From: a virus
Reading direction: 5' to 3' (one strand)
Virus record (IMG/VR): IMGVR_UViG_3300017917_000784
Coordinates: 21,170 to 85,169 of that record
Length of the DNA: 64,000 nt
The position numbers and the translations under genes were made by a program. The notes beneath the pieces are model-generated. The model searched no databases. It saw nothing but the letters and a program-made list of their open reading frames with translations, and was not told where the DNA came from. Shown piece by piece: positions 47,371 through 57,046 of the stretch (positions within the stretch are counted from its first letter, which is position 1; each line of letters opens with the position of its first letter).

Positions 47371-48311
47371 TACCAATAAAAATACAGGCCAACGATTCAT
47401 CAACTTTAAAAATTATTTGGCAGATTACCACTGCTTGTACCTATGCTTGTGAGTATTGCCCTAAGGAACTACATACAGGATCTAACGAAACTTTAAATTT
47501 AAAAGATTTTGAAAAATTTTTAGATTTGTTTAAAGATCGTAAAATAGTAATGACTATTACTGGAGGAGAACCTACTGTACATCCTCAGTTTGTAGAAATT
47601 GCACGTCTTTTAAAAACAAAGGGAATTAAAACTGTAGTAGATAGTAATCTTTCTAGATCTACACGATTTTATACTGAAGTAGCCGATTTAATTGATAATT
47701 GGTGTGTAACTTTACACCCTTATAAGCATGAGTTAGATTTAGAAAAAATTAAAACATTGGCTGAAAAAAGTTTTACTGTAGTATATGTGATGATGGATCC
47801 TAAGTATTGGTCAAAGGCGATGGCTTGGTGGAAAGAACTTAGATCTGTTGAAAATATTAAATTAACTATACTTAAACCTGTGGATAACTGGAGTGGTGCT
47901 AACTATCAAGGACAATTCACCGAAGAAGAACAAATGTTCTTAAACTCTACTACACCTATATACACATTTACAGAAAATAAAATAAAAGAAGTACAACAAA
48001 ATTATGCTTGGTTGTCTGACTTAGGATCTACTGTAACATGGAACGATAATAGTTCACAACCTTTGGATGCCGACATGATTATGAAACAAGGTCTAAATAA
48101 ATTTAAAGGCTGGGACTGCTACGCTGGCAGAGAAGTTATGGTTTTAGATAATCAGGGCAATGTGTCGTTAGCCACTTGCGGAGTTGCTAATTTAGGACAT
48201 TGGAGTACTGTAAATATAAATGATGTGTTAGATCCGGTTGTGTGCCCTAAAGAAATCTGTCATTGCGGAACCGATATTAAAGCCACTAAATTTAAAAATG
48301 AAGTTCTGTAG
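47367..48311 (+). CDS. Radical SAM/SPASM protein
   Basis: CTYACEYC, TGGEPT; CYAG...C...C...CHC. Confidence 0.9.
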   Translation: MIPIKIQANDSSTLKIIWQITTACTYACEYCPKELHTGSNETLNLKDFEKFLDLFKDRKIVMTITGGEPTVHPQFVEIARLLKTKGIKTVVDSNLSRSTRFYTEVADLIDNWCVTLHPYKHELDLEKIKTLAEKSFTVVYVMMDPKYWSKAMAWWKELRSVENIKLTILKPVDNWSGANYQGQFTEEEQMFLNSTTPIYTFTENKIKEVQQNYAWLSDLGSTVTWNDNSSQPLDADMIMKQGLNKFKGWDCYAGREVMVLDNQGNVSLATCGVANLGHWSTVNINDVLDPVVCPKEICHCGTDIKATKFKNEVL

Positions 48312-48720
48312 AATAAATTTACATAAAACAAACTACAAAGAATATCCTTGTGATATTAGTGTAGGTTATCGAGATTATTTTAAAACAATCTACAAGGAAT
48401 ATTGTAGACACAGAAAATTTGAAAGTGTTATGCCATTGTTTCCACAAGATTTTGCACAACCAGGTGCTACAGTTTTTACATTTTACGACAACGGCAATCC
48501 GGCTGCCTGGAGTCTTACACGTGGTTTAAAAGATGGCATTAGTGCCGAAAGTATTCAGTTTGCTTGGAATTATCAAACGCCAGAATTAAGATTAGGTATA
48601 CGTAGTTTAGAACACGAATGCGCTTACTATAAAAAACTAGGATATCAATATCTGTATCTTGGTCAAGTTGCAGAATATAAAACTTTATTTGACGGCTACG
48701 AAGAATTAGGCCCAGTTTGA
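48298..48720 (+). CDS. Arginyl-tRNA-protein transferase (Ate1/Bpt) C-terminal-like GNAT domain
   Basis: FAWNY...RLGIRSLEHECAYYKKLGYQYLYLG...YK matches the Ate1_C pattern. Confidence 0.6.
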   Translation: MKFCRINLHKTNYKEYPCDISVGYRDYFKTIYKEYCRHRKFESVMPLFPQDFAQPGATVFTFYDNGNPAAWSLTRGLKDGISAESIQFAWNYQTPELRLGIRSLEHECAYYKKLGYQYLYLGQVAEYKTLFDGYEELGPV

Positions 48721-49203
48721 TTCAAATCTCCAGCGTACAACATCATCGTACTGCTGGTCACTCCAATTTACATAATAACCTTCTCTACAGAGATATCTAC
48801 TGGCTTCATTAATATTTTCTAATCTTTGTGCTATGATAAGGTTGTAACGTCCATTGTTAAAATTTATACCATGAAAGGGTTCTGGTATTTTTGTGTGATC
48901 TTCTAACAATACAAAATTTTGTAACATGAATTGTTGATTTAGAACTTTTACATCTTTTACAAATGTTTCAGGTTCTATATCATCGTCACAAACAAACACC
49001 ACAGCATGTATACTGTCATTCCAAGATTCAAATTTTTTAGAAATATCAGTTTTATAATCACTAGTTCTTATAAATTCAACTTGATTATTCAAAATAGCCT
49101 GACGTGCAAAAGGACATATAGGTAGGCTGTTTAACAATTCGTGCGGAACAGACAAAGTTTTTTCTACCCACTCTGTTAGATATTGTTCATACTCCGTAGT
49201 CAC
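48706..49203 (-). CDS. DUF1415-like hypothetical protein
   Basis: EWV...ICPFA...DH...GYY. Confidence 0.5.
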   Translation of the reverse strand: MTTEYEQYLTEWVEKTLSVPHELLNSLPICPFARQAILNNQVEFIRTSDYKTDISKKFESWNDSIHAVVFVCDDDIEPETFVKDVKVLNQQFMLQNFVLLEDHTKIPEPFHGINFNNGRYNLIIAQRLENINEASRYLCREGYYVNWSDQQYDDVVRWRFESNWA

Positions 49204-50356
49204 GTTGTCCTCCTTGTCGTTTAATGTCCAATGTTAGACAATGCCACCCGCCGTCCCAAAAGAATCGATTACGTAAGGGGCACACTATAGGTGTAATTCC
49301 TTTTGATTCTAATAGTTTTAGCAATTCAGGATTATCGCTGTTTACTACTACATGTCGTTCATCAACTATTAAACAGTTAAGATCAAATATTGTTTCTTCA
49401 CAATATCCTGTCCAATTAGGTAAAAAACTTTCTACAAATTCAGTAAATTGATCGTTGCTTTCTTCGCCTGGTACCCACCAACTTCCTCTGTTCTTATCAC
49501 GTAACTTCCACCACTCTTTAACATGATTCCAATTTGGATCGTTAAAATAAATGATTTCCCAGCCTGGAAATAAATGTTCATTGCCTTTAAACCAAGGTCC
49601 TGCTATAACTACACCTTCCTTAACTACTGTAAAAATTCCGTCAAGGTGTCCACCTATACAGACATCTTTGTAATTGAATGCTGGATATTTTTCATTTAAG
49701 AACTTTAATATATCCGCACTCTGCCATAAGTCCACTAAACAAGTGTTACCAATCCGTGTTAAGTTAGGACTACAAAATCCCATAAGACTAGAAACATCAG
49801 GATCAGGATTTGTTAAAAAATAATCTTCCGGTAAACCGCGATCCTTGGCGGCAGCACGTAAATTATACTCACTGCGTTGAAACTCCATACGACCGTTGTA
49901 TATGCTAAGATCTATTTGGTCTTCGCCAAACCATTCAATAAACTTATTAACATATCCTTCTACTTCAAATGTTCTATCAGTAATCAACAGTTTATTGCCC
50001 ATCACTATACTGTCGTCGCGAATCTGCAGAGGACTGGTTGGAATCATGTTTTTCTTAACTAGGTCAGGACGAGCACTGGCAAATCCCATTTTACCGTTAA
50101 CATCAACATAATCAAGTATGCTGTTTTTGTAACCCAACTCTTTAGGAGTGGCTTGCAGTACTTGTATACCATGACTTTTCATCTGTGTTTTGAAGTATTC
50201 GATATCTTCTATAGTTTCGTGCATGATTTTCTTTAGCACTGATGATATGCGTGAATTTTTTACACCGTCAAAAAAACTAGGATCATACACACTGCCCACG
50301 GCCACTACTTCAAGTGGTTGCAATTCGTCCCAACTGTTTAATTTAATTTTGTCCAT
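49187..50356 (-). CDS. Amidinotransferase family protein (divergent)
   Basis: NSWDELQPLEVVAVG, IRDD, GHLDG, DGGWHC; ATG 50356 chosen as start. Confidence 0.85.
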   Translation of the reverse strand: MDKIKLNSWDELQPLEVVAVGSVYDPSFFDGVKNSRISSVLKKIMHETIEDIEYFKTQMKSHGIQVLQATPKELGYKNSILDYVDVNGKMGFASARPDLVKKNMIPTSPLQIRDDSIVMGNKLLITDRTFEVEGYVNKFIEWFGEDQIDLSIYNGRMEFQRSEYNLRAAAKDRGLPEDYFLTNPDPDVSSLMGFCSPNLTRIGNTCLVDLWQSADILKFLNEKYPAFNYKDVCIGGHLDGIFTVVKEGVVIAGPWFKGNEHLFPGWEIIYFNDPNWNHVKEWWKLRDKNRGSWWVPGEESNDQFTEFVESFLPNWTGYCEETIFDLNCLIVDERHVVVNSDNPELLKLLESKGITPIVCPLRNRFFWDGGWHCLTLDIKRQGGQRDYGV

Positions 50357-50675
50357 CTGGCCAATCTCTGTAATAGGCATGCTGTATGTTTCCTGCCACA
50401 AATTGATTAAAACTTTTATGTTTATCTTCTAACTCCCCTTCTAAAGGAGCCACACGTTGAAATGCTGTTTCTAACTGTGCCATATTATTAAATTCCATCA
50501 TAATATGCCACTCGGGAATATCCATACTACGGAACCCCATCTTACATCTAGTAATTCTATAACTTACCATCTTGCCTTCGCTAACAAGATGATCTAAAAA
50601 AGAACGCATATTATTAACCCAATCAAGGTCACTAATATCCCCTGCTTTGTCGGCCCAGACGTGGTATATGTCCAT
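50343..50675 (-). CDS. DUF6614-like dimeric alpha/beta barrel protein
   Basis: MDIYHVW...ITRCKMGF...EWHIMMEF...QL..AF. Confidence 0.55.
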   Translation of the reverse strand: MDIYHVWADKAGDISDLDWVNNMRSFLDHLVSEGKMVSYRITRCKMGFRSMDIPEWHIMMEFNNMAQLETAFQRVAPLEGELEDKHKSFNQFVAGNIQHAYYRDWPDGQN

Positions 50676-51475
50676 TATTGCCTTTCCGCCCAACTACGTT
50701 CTAGACACCAAAAACATTGTTCACAAGTAGGAACATATTGCCCTGGTGTATAAGTTTCATAGTTTAATCCATTAAACACGTCCGGATACACATTAGTATC
50801 ACCTTCACAACTGCGTGTTATGTAATACAAATCTAATATATTAAAATGTTTGTATTGTTGATATATCCAATCTTTTTCTACAAATCGAAAAGGATGGCAA
50901 CTAACTCGACCCATGTGTACTGTTATCATTTTAGTTAAATTTTCTAGTACTGGTTCAATATCTCTAGTTGGCATTGCGCCATTTAACGGCTCATGAGGAT
51001 TATGCGTTACTGCATTAAAATAAGCATCAAGATTTTCTGTGTGTGCTATGTATTCTGCGTGAGCTCGAATTTCAATAGTGTCGCCACTTTTTAGTTCACC
51101 GTATTCGTCTATAATTGTTGGGCCTTTAGATCCCCACTCAAAATCAGGTGGAACAAAGTTTTCATGTCTAACAAATTCAATATTTGGAAACTGTTGCTGT
51201 AGCCATCTAAAGACATCTAAACTATTGTATTTTTGCCATGGGCGTAATTTCCACATACGCACATTACTAATTACGTGTACTTTAGATTCAAAGTTATTTT
51301 CACTAATTATTTTAGAAATTAAAAATGCTAATAGAGCACTGTCGGCACCTCCACTTACGCTAATGCCAATATTGCGCCAATCGGGTGCCAAAGGAACGGC
51401 TACTCCGTTAATATCGTGTAATATGCTGGTGTAAGGCGTTGCTTCATAAAGTGCCTTTAAAGTGTCTCTAATCAT
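50675..51475 (-). CDS. QueC-like PP-loop (ATP pyrophosphatase) protein
   Basis: VSGGADS PP-loop; C-terminal TRSCE...CEQCFWCLER zinc site. Confidence 0.72.
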   Translation of the reverse strand: MIRDTLKALYEATPYTSILHDINGVAVPLAPDWRNIGISVSGGADSALLAFLISKIISENNFESKVHVISNVRMWKLRPWQKYNSLDVFRWLQQQFPNIEFVRHENFVPPDFEWGSKGPTIIDEYGELKSGDTIEIRAHAEYIAHTENLDAYFNAVTHNPHEPLNGAMPTRDIEPVLENLTKMITVHMGRVSCHPFRFVEKDWIYQQYKHFNILDLYYITRSCEGDTNVYPDVFNGLNYETYTPGQYVPTCEQCFWCLERSWAERQ

Positions 51476-51487
51476 ATAAGTATTTAA
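51476..51487. promoter_or_regulatory. Overlapping divergent late-type promoter motifs in a 12-bp gap
   Basis: Plus strand ATAAGTA-N5-ATG; minus strand TTAAATA-N5-ATG. Confidence 0.6.
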
Positions 51488-52159
51488 ATGCTACAGCCGA
51501 CCAACAAAAAATTTCCTATCCAACCCATTATCGATCAAGTTCTGTCATTGGAATTTGATAAAAGATTGTCTCTTAACGAAACTAAAGGAACAATCTTTAA
51601 TGGCCCGTATGTTACTAAATCAGAATTTGTAGGAACTCCGTTAGGTGATTTATTGGCTGGACTGGACAGTGTAGGGGAAGCCAGGTTAATGAGACTTCGT
51701 CCAGAAGAGTGCTATATGGCACATAGCGACCCTGATGATCGATTACATCTGGCAATTACTACTAACCCTTATTGCTATCTCATCGATTTAGACGAAGATA
51801 AAATGTATCACATTCCTGTCGACGGCGAAGTTTGGTTAATGGATACTGGTCCTAGACATGTAGCAGTTAACTTTGGTAGTCGAGACAGAATACATTTGAA
51901 TATTCGTGTTCCTTTGCCAGATATTAAAGAAAACCCAGTTCATATAAAAATGTTAGGCGGTGATTTTGATTTCAAACACATCATAAACACTAACATGAGC
52001 ACTTTTATGAACCGTGCTATAAAGAAGGGCGATGTCACTGGATTCCGTTGGATCAACGACAGGGAAATAATGATTTCTTACAAGGACGAAACTGTTTTAG
52101 AAAGTTTTAAAAATTTAATTTCTCAAACAGGAATGCACTACGAAATTTTAAGAGTTTAA
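51488..52159 (+). CDS. AspH-like 2OG-Fe(II) oxygenase
   Basis: ARLMRL...AHSD..RLHL...H.A.NFG..RIHL. Confidence 0.78.
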   Translation: MLQPTNKKFPIQPIIDQVLSLEFDKRLSLNETKGTIFNGPYVTKSEFVGTPLGDLLAGLDSVGEARLMRLRPEECYMAHSDPDDRLHLAITTNPYCYLIDLDEDKMYHIPVDGEVWLMDTGPRHVAVNFGSRDRIHLNIRVPLPDIKENPVHIKMLGGDFDFKHIINTNMSTFMNRAIKKGDVTGFRWINDREIMISYKDETVLESFKNLISQTGMHYEILRV

Positions 52160-53233
52160 TTTCTTTCTTTCTAAGAATTGATCTGTTGGCTTTGAAATTG
52201 TAGGTGTTTGTCCACATATACGAGCACACATAATCATTTTCTTATTAGTCCAATATTCTTCCCACACTGTCTGCCAAGGTTCAGAATCTATAACTGTTTT
52301 TATACCAACATTAACAGCATCTAATGCTTGTGGTCCGCCTAATGCGTCAACTAGGTCGTGATACTGTCGTTTAATTTCAGATCGTATATGCGCATTAACA
52401 TTATCATAATCATATTGTGTATAAGGTGCGCTGGCTAACCAACAGCAGGGCATGATCATTTTAAATGCATCTATATAGATTTCTCTATCGCGTTGTACTT
52501 TACAACTAATTTCAAGAGGCATGATAGTTTGTTTATAATTGTCTATCATTTCTTTGCTAATAAAATGCATCTTGTTATCGCTAGGAGGTTCAATATAATG
52601 AGTGATATTGCCTTCCTTATCAATAACTCTGTATCTAGGTTCTCCTAAAAATCTACTAGAGTTTTTTAGTGTAAAAATTTCAAATCCTAACTCTTTAGCA
52701 CGTCGACGTGCTTCATCTTCCTGATGTTCGTTATGTTTAAATTTTAAGAATACCCACTCAGCACGACCTCCCGCATCTATAAATGCTTTGGCATTACGTA
52801 TGACATTTTCGTAAGTTGTTCCGACTCGATATAAATGATGCGTGTCTTCTAATCCATCAATACCAAAGTTTACCATGTGATTCTGCGGTAGGCTACGAGC
52901 TAAATCTTCCCACCAGTCTGTTTTACGAGCACCACCGTTGGTATGTATATTAATAACAAGATTAGGACTTTTTGGTACTATCCATTTTATCATGTCTAAA
53001 AAATCGTTGTTTAATAACGGATCTCCAAAGTTTCCACAAAAGTAGATGCCTTTAACTTGTGCAATAACTTCATCCGTAAATATGTCTTGGAAATCTTTTA
53101 ATGTCCAATTATTAATTTTTAACAATGGATTGGGTTGACCGCCGTGGTAGTTTCTAGCACACATTGGACAACTGGCTTGGCAGTTGTTGGTTATTTCTAA
53201 ATGAATGGTTTGGAGTTCGTTAAATTTAAACAT
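52148..53233 (-). CDS. Radical SAM/SPASM protein (paralog of 38666..39721)
   Basis: CQASCPMC, CGNFGDP, IDGLEDT, PCC, CARIC. Confidence 0.9.
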   Translation of the reverse strand: MFKFNELQTIHLEITNNCQASCPMCARNYHGGQPNPLLKINNWTLKDFQDIFTDEVIAQVKGIYFCGNFGDPLLNNDFLDMIKWIVPKSPNLVINIHTNGGARKTDWWEDLARSLPQNHMVNFGIDGLEDTHHLYRVGTTYENVIRNAKAFIDAGGRAEWVFLKFKHNEHQEDEARRRAKELGFEIFTLKNSSRFLGEPRYRVIDKEGNITHYIEPPSDNKMHFISKEMIDNYKQTIMPLEISCKVQRDREIYIDAFKMIMPCCWLASAPYTQYDYDNVNAHIRSEIKRQYHDLVDALGGPQALDAVNVGIKTVIDSEPWQTVWEEYWTNKKMIMCARICGQTPTISKPTDQFLERKKLNS

Positions 53234-53284
53234 ACTGGATATTTACTTTTTATTTCCATGATGCTAAAATAAAATAAGTACATT
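53234..53284. promoter_or_regulatory. Divergent late-type promoter motifs directly before start codons
   Basis: Minus strand GTAAATA-N6-ATG; plus strand ATAAGTA-N4-ATG. Confidence 0.6.
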
Positions 53285-53965
53285 ATGAATTTTAGCAAAG
53301 AATACATAGAAGGCGCAAGAGAATATCTGCACACTTCTGCCAAATGTTTAAAACTAGATTTGGAAATTCCATACGAAGCCATGGCTGCCGAAGCACAGGC
53401 ACTAAAAGATCATTTTATTAGATATAGAAAAGATGACGGATACGATCATCATGATTGGTTTAGTTTACCTATATACGGTCTAAGTTTAGATCGACCAATG
53501 AGTTGGGATGCCTACGGGTATAAGAGTGCTAACGAGGCTGCTAAAGATTTTACCTGGACTGAAATTGCGGATCAATGCCCAGTAACAGTAAATTGGTTAA
53601 AAAATGTTTTTCCTAGTCAACAATTAGGAAGAGTAAGATTCATGCTTTTAAAAGCAGGTGGGTTTATTAGTCAACATCGAGACAGTCCTTACTCTATACC
53701 TGATGCTATAAATATTGCTCTTACCAATCACCCTAATTGTGTTTGGCAATGGGCAGACGGATCTAAAGTCGATTTTAAACCTGGAGATGCCTATGCTATG
53801 AATCTTAGTTATGAACACAGCATAGAAAATCGTAGCACAGAGGATCGATATCATTTAATAGTACATCATCATGACAGTACACCAGAATGGAAAACCATGA
53901 TGATTCAAGCAATGGAGAGGCAAAATGCCACGGGTGATTTTTATTACAGTACAGATCTCTACTAA
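53285..53965 (+). CDS. AspH-like 2OG-Fe(II) oxygenase
   Basis: CPVT, RVRFMLL..GG.I..HRD, HSIEN...RYHLI. Confidence 0.82.
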   Translation: MNFSKEYIEGAREYLHTSAKCLKLDLEIPYEAMAAEAQALKDHFIRYRKDDGYDHHDWFSLPIYGLSLDRPMSWDAYGYKSANEAAKDFTWTEIADQCPVTVNWLKNVFPSQQLGRVRFMLLKAGGFISQHRDSPYSIPDAINIALTNHPNCVWQWADGSKVDFKPGDAYAMNLSYEHSIENRSTEDRYHLIVHHHDSTPEWKTMMIQAMERQNATGDFYYSTDLY

Positions 53966-55229
53966 TCATCCTTGGTTAAATGCCAAGATGTTACAGATTA
54001 CAGAAGCAGGTCAGTATCAACTTAGCGAAGGTAACTACCCAGTAGTTACTGTGAATAGTTATGAACAAATTAATGATTATTTAGATCAAGCCGACTGGCT
54101 GTTTGTGGAAACTGCGGGTGATGTGATTATTAACAGAGATCACTTGTGGAATAAAATACATAGTCTAACTGATAATATCGGAGTTATGGGGCATATTATT
54201 TGGTACCCTGAAGACAACACTCCCCACTTACACGATCAATGTTTTATTATTAATACTCGCGCATTTCCTAAAGGACTAAATTTTTCTTCTTACAAAGATT
54301 ATGGATCCAGATTTGTTCGAGGGCACGGCGACATGAACTGCGGACATGCTCCACTTAGCGTGTATTTGGCAGAAGAAAAAACAGAAAGAGTCATGGACTT
54401 TGGCGCAGCCGTTATGGAGGAGGCACTAAACCAAGGCTATACAGTTGTTAACTTTAACGAAGACTGGAGATATCCAGAAAATAATTTAAAATTTATTTCT
54501 ATAGAAGATTTAGTTGACGACCTAGGGTTTGATAAAGATAGATATCGCTTGCCGGCACGTGGCCATTTTTATCCTAAAATACGTCCAGAATTATTTGAAC
54601 CAGCACTTAAATCTTTAACAATTACAGAAGACCTTGATGAAAGTCAAATAATGATTATTGCTATTATTAAAAAGGCTCTGGAATTTAATTATTTAAATGT
54701 GTGGCATTGGGACTGTCATGCTCCGCACATACAAGCAGATGTAGTAATCAGTCCGGCTAACGGACTTTTAGGTGAAAGCATGGCTCTTACTAGCAATGCT
54801 AAGAAAATAATTTTTTATGATTTAAATCCTAATAATATAGAATTTAAAAAATCTTTATATCAATCATGGGAAGGAAAAAATTATCAAGAGTTCGCTAACT
54901 CCTGGGCAAAAGAAAGAAATATTGGTATTGAACCGCATTTAGATAGTGCTCAGTGCGAGTCTCAAAAGTATCAAGGATTAAATGAAAAAATATTAAACAA
55001 CTGGGACCATTTTAAAAATTTAGAAGTAGAGTTTCATAATATTGATCTTTTATCAGAAATTGATTTAATAGTTTCAAAATTGAACAATGCATTTATTCAC
55101 ACTAGTACTATTTTAAATTATTTTATGATTAGCAATTTTTTACATAGTAAAACTGAAATATTAGATGCTAGAAATAAAATTACAAATCGTTGTTTGTCAC
55201 GCAACTCGCACTGGCAGGAAAGCACATGA
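53925..55229 (+). CDS. Hypothetical protein (possible GT-A-like N-terminus and Rossmann-like C-terminus)
   Basis: 434-aa ORF; weak motifs HLHDQCFIIN and IIFYDLN. Confidence 0.45.
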   Translation: MPRVIFITVQISTNHPWLNAKMLQITEAGQYQLSEGNYPVVTVNSYEQINDYLDQADWLFVETAGDVIINRDHLWNKIHSLTDNIGVMGHIIWYPEDNTPHLHDQCFIINTRAFPKGLNFSSYKDYGSRFVRGHGDMNCGHAPLSVYLAEEKTERVMDFGAAVMEEALNQGYTVVNFNEDWRYPENNLKFISIEDLVDDLGFDKDRYRLPARGHFYPKIRPELFEPALKSLTITEDLDESQIMIIAIIKKALEFNYLNVWHWDCHAPHIQADVVISPANGLLGESMALTSNAKKIIFYDLNPNNIEFKKSLYQSWEGKNYQEFANSWAKERNIGIEPHLDSAQCESQKYQGLNEKILNNWDHFKNLEVEFHNIDLLSEIDLIVSKLNNAFIHTSTILNYFMISNFLHSKTEILDARNKITNRCLSRNSHWQEST

Positions 55230-55816
55230 CTTATCGATTGATACCGTTCACTGAAAATTTAGATTTAACAGAGTTTTATGCCGAATGTGCTCGCAGAGGT
55301 TTTGAAAATAATGTCAGTCAAAAAACTATGTTTGACTGTTTTAAAAACGAACGAGAGTGGGCCGGCTGGTTATTAGAATACAACGGAGAAATTATTGGAG
55401 GAGTTTGTTGCCATAGTTTTGACGATGTTATGGGTCCAGGCAGTTATAGATTATTGGCAAGAACTGTATGCTTTACTGACCGAAGTCATAAACCTATGCA
55501 CAATGTTCGAGGTTTTGTGTTTAAACATCAGTGCGTGGCTAGTCAGTTTTATATGCCTGTGGCTATACAATGGGCAGGGCGAGATAAAAAATTTTACGGC
55601 ACTAGTAATGCTAACAGTGTAGGTACTAGTAGAATTAGCCATAACATTTGGTTTCCTAAACATGTAGAACAAGGAACTTTTTATAAAGCCAAGGAAGTAT
55701 TTTACAGAGGATGGAACCAAACAGTATGGGGATTAAACATTGATACGTATTTTGAACAACTTAAAAAATTCCCTAAATGGGAATGCGAATTTCCTAACGA
55801 CGACCCACGACCATAA
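55226..55816 (+). CDS. GNAT-like hypothetical protein
   Basis: WLLEYNGEIIGGV beta-hairpin, YRLLART; ATGA overlap. Confidence 0.45.
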   Translation: MTYRLIPFTENLDLTEFYAECARRGFENNVSQKTMFDCFKNEREWAGWLLEYNGEIIGGVCCHSFDDVMGPGSYRLLARTVCFTDRSHKPMHNVRGFVFKHQCVASQFYMPVAIQWAGRDKKFYGTSNANSVGTSRISHNIWFPKHVEQGTFYKAKEVFYRGWNQTVWGLNIDTYFEQLKKFPKWECEFPNDDPRP

Positions 55817-56384
55817 ATCGTGTGTATAAAGGCAGTTCTAGTTCTCCTGCCCATAATACATCCACATCACACTGAGATTTAAATTCATCTAAAGTTTTAG
55901 CAATTCTAACGTGCTCAGGAATATTATAATTGTTGCTCTGTAATACTAGAATACTATTTCTAGGATGACCGATTGACCAAGTATCGTATTGATCCTGTGT
56001 AATATGTTCACAACTGGTATTAATTATAATATCAGCGTCACTGCGAATAGTACACATATCTGCTGTAACTGCTCTAAACCTTCCTTGTTCAAGTTCTATT
56101 TGATTCATATCAGATGCAATTTTTTTGCAGGTTGGGTCTATGTCAATGCTACGAATGTGTTTGATTGGTAAACCAGATTGAAACAACATACTGGATAACA
56201 CTCCTACCCATCCGCCATGTATGTCTATAGACACTTCTTGATTAACAAACGGTTTAATATTATCTATTAACCATTCTTTACTAAGAATCTGCCCTCTCCA
56301 AAAAGCATCCAAGGTACGCATAGGATCTTTACTAGATCTGATAGCTCTCATCCAGTGATGTAGGTGTTCTGTATCTATTTGCAT
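55794..56384 (-). CDS. Class I SAM-dependent methyltransferase
   Basis: IHGGWVG, SIDID, ADM, INTSCEH. Confidence 0.8.
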   Translation of the reverse strand: MQIDTEHLHHWMRAIRSSKDPMRTLDAFWRGQILSKEWLIDNIKPFVNQEVSIDIHGGWVGVLSSMLFQSGLPIKHIRSIDIDPTCKKIASDMNQIELEQGRFRAVTADMCTIRSDADIIINTSCEHITQDQYDTWSIGHPRNSILVLQSNNYNIPEHVRIAKTLDEFKSQCDVDVLWAGELELPLYTRFMVVGRR

Positions 56385-57046
56385 TTTTTTAAAATCTTTT
56401 CTAAAAAACTTATTGGGTTAGGTTGAGGTATTGTAGACTCTACATTTATATATTTTAAAAAATCACGAGCAAATGCAGTGTGACCATCTATACCTGCATG
56501 GTCGCCATCTAATGCTTTTTTGTAATTTCTTTCGTAATTGCCCATGAATAAAGGTACATAAGGAATATTTTCAAAAAGTTCTTTATCTCTAGGTTCAGCA
56601 ATCATTTGATAAAACTCTATGCCTAGCCCTATTAAATGATTATAGGAATCTCTTATGTAAAGTTTTGTTGTTATATCTGCATCATAGTATGCATGCAGAT
56701 TTTCATAATAACTACGTGCCATTATTTCTACTTCTCGATGACTGTTTCCTACCTGGCTAGGTAATAAATTTGTTATGTTAAAGGGATTTTGTATAACCGC
56801 AGTTCTATCAGGATACGTCCATAATATCAATACTAAGTCATCGGGCCGGAATTTAAATTTAGATATAGTATACCAAATTCGTTTGTTACTAGACCCTGGT
56901 ACTGATTTGTTAATGCATTTTCTTCCAAGAGTTGATGCAACTAATTCTGGCCAACAATATTTGCTAGAATTTTTAGTATTCGGCCAACAATCTTCTAATC
57001 CTACACCGTAGGTCATAGAGTCTCCGAATGCTATTAATCTTTTCAT
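56375..57046 (-). CDS. SGNH/GDSL hydrolase-like protein
   Basis: FGDSMTYG, PGSSN, DGDH...GH. Confidence 0.8.
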   Translation of the reverse strand: MKRLIAFGDSMTYGVGLEDCWPNTKNSSKYCWPELVASTLGRKCINKSVPGSSNKRIWYTISKFKFRPDDLVLILWTYPDRTAVIQNPFNITNLLPSQVGNSHREVEIMARSYYENLHAYYDADITTKLYIRDSYNHLIGLGIEFYQMIAEPRDKELFENIPYVPLFMGNYERNYKKALDGDHAGIDGHTAFARDFLKYINVESTIPQPNPISFLEKILKKCK

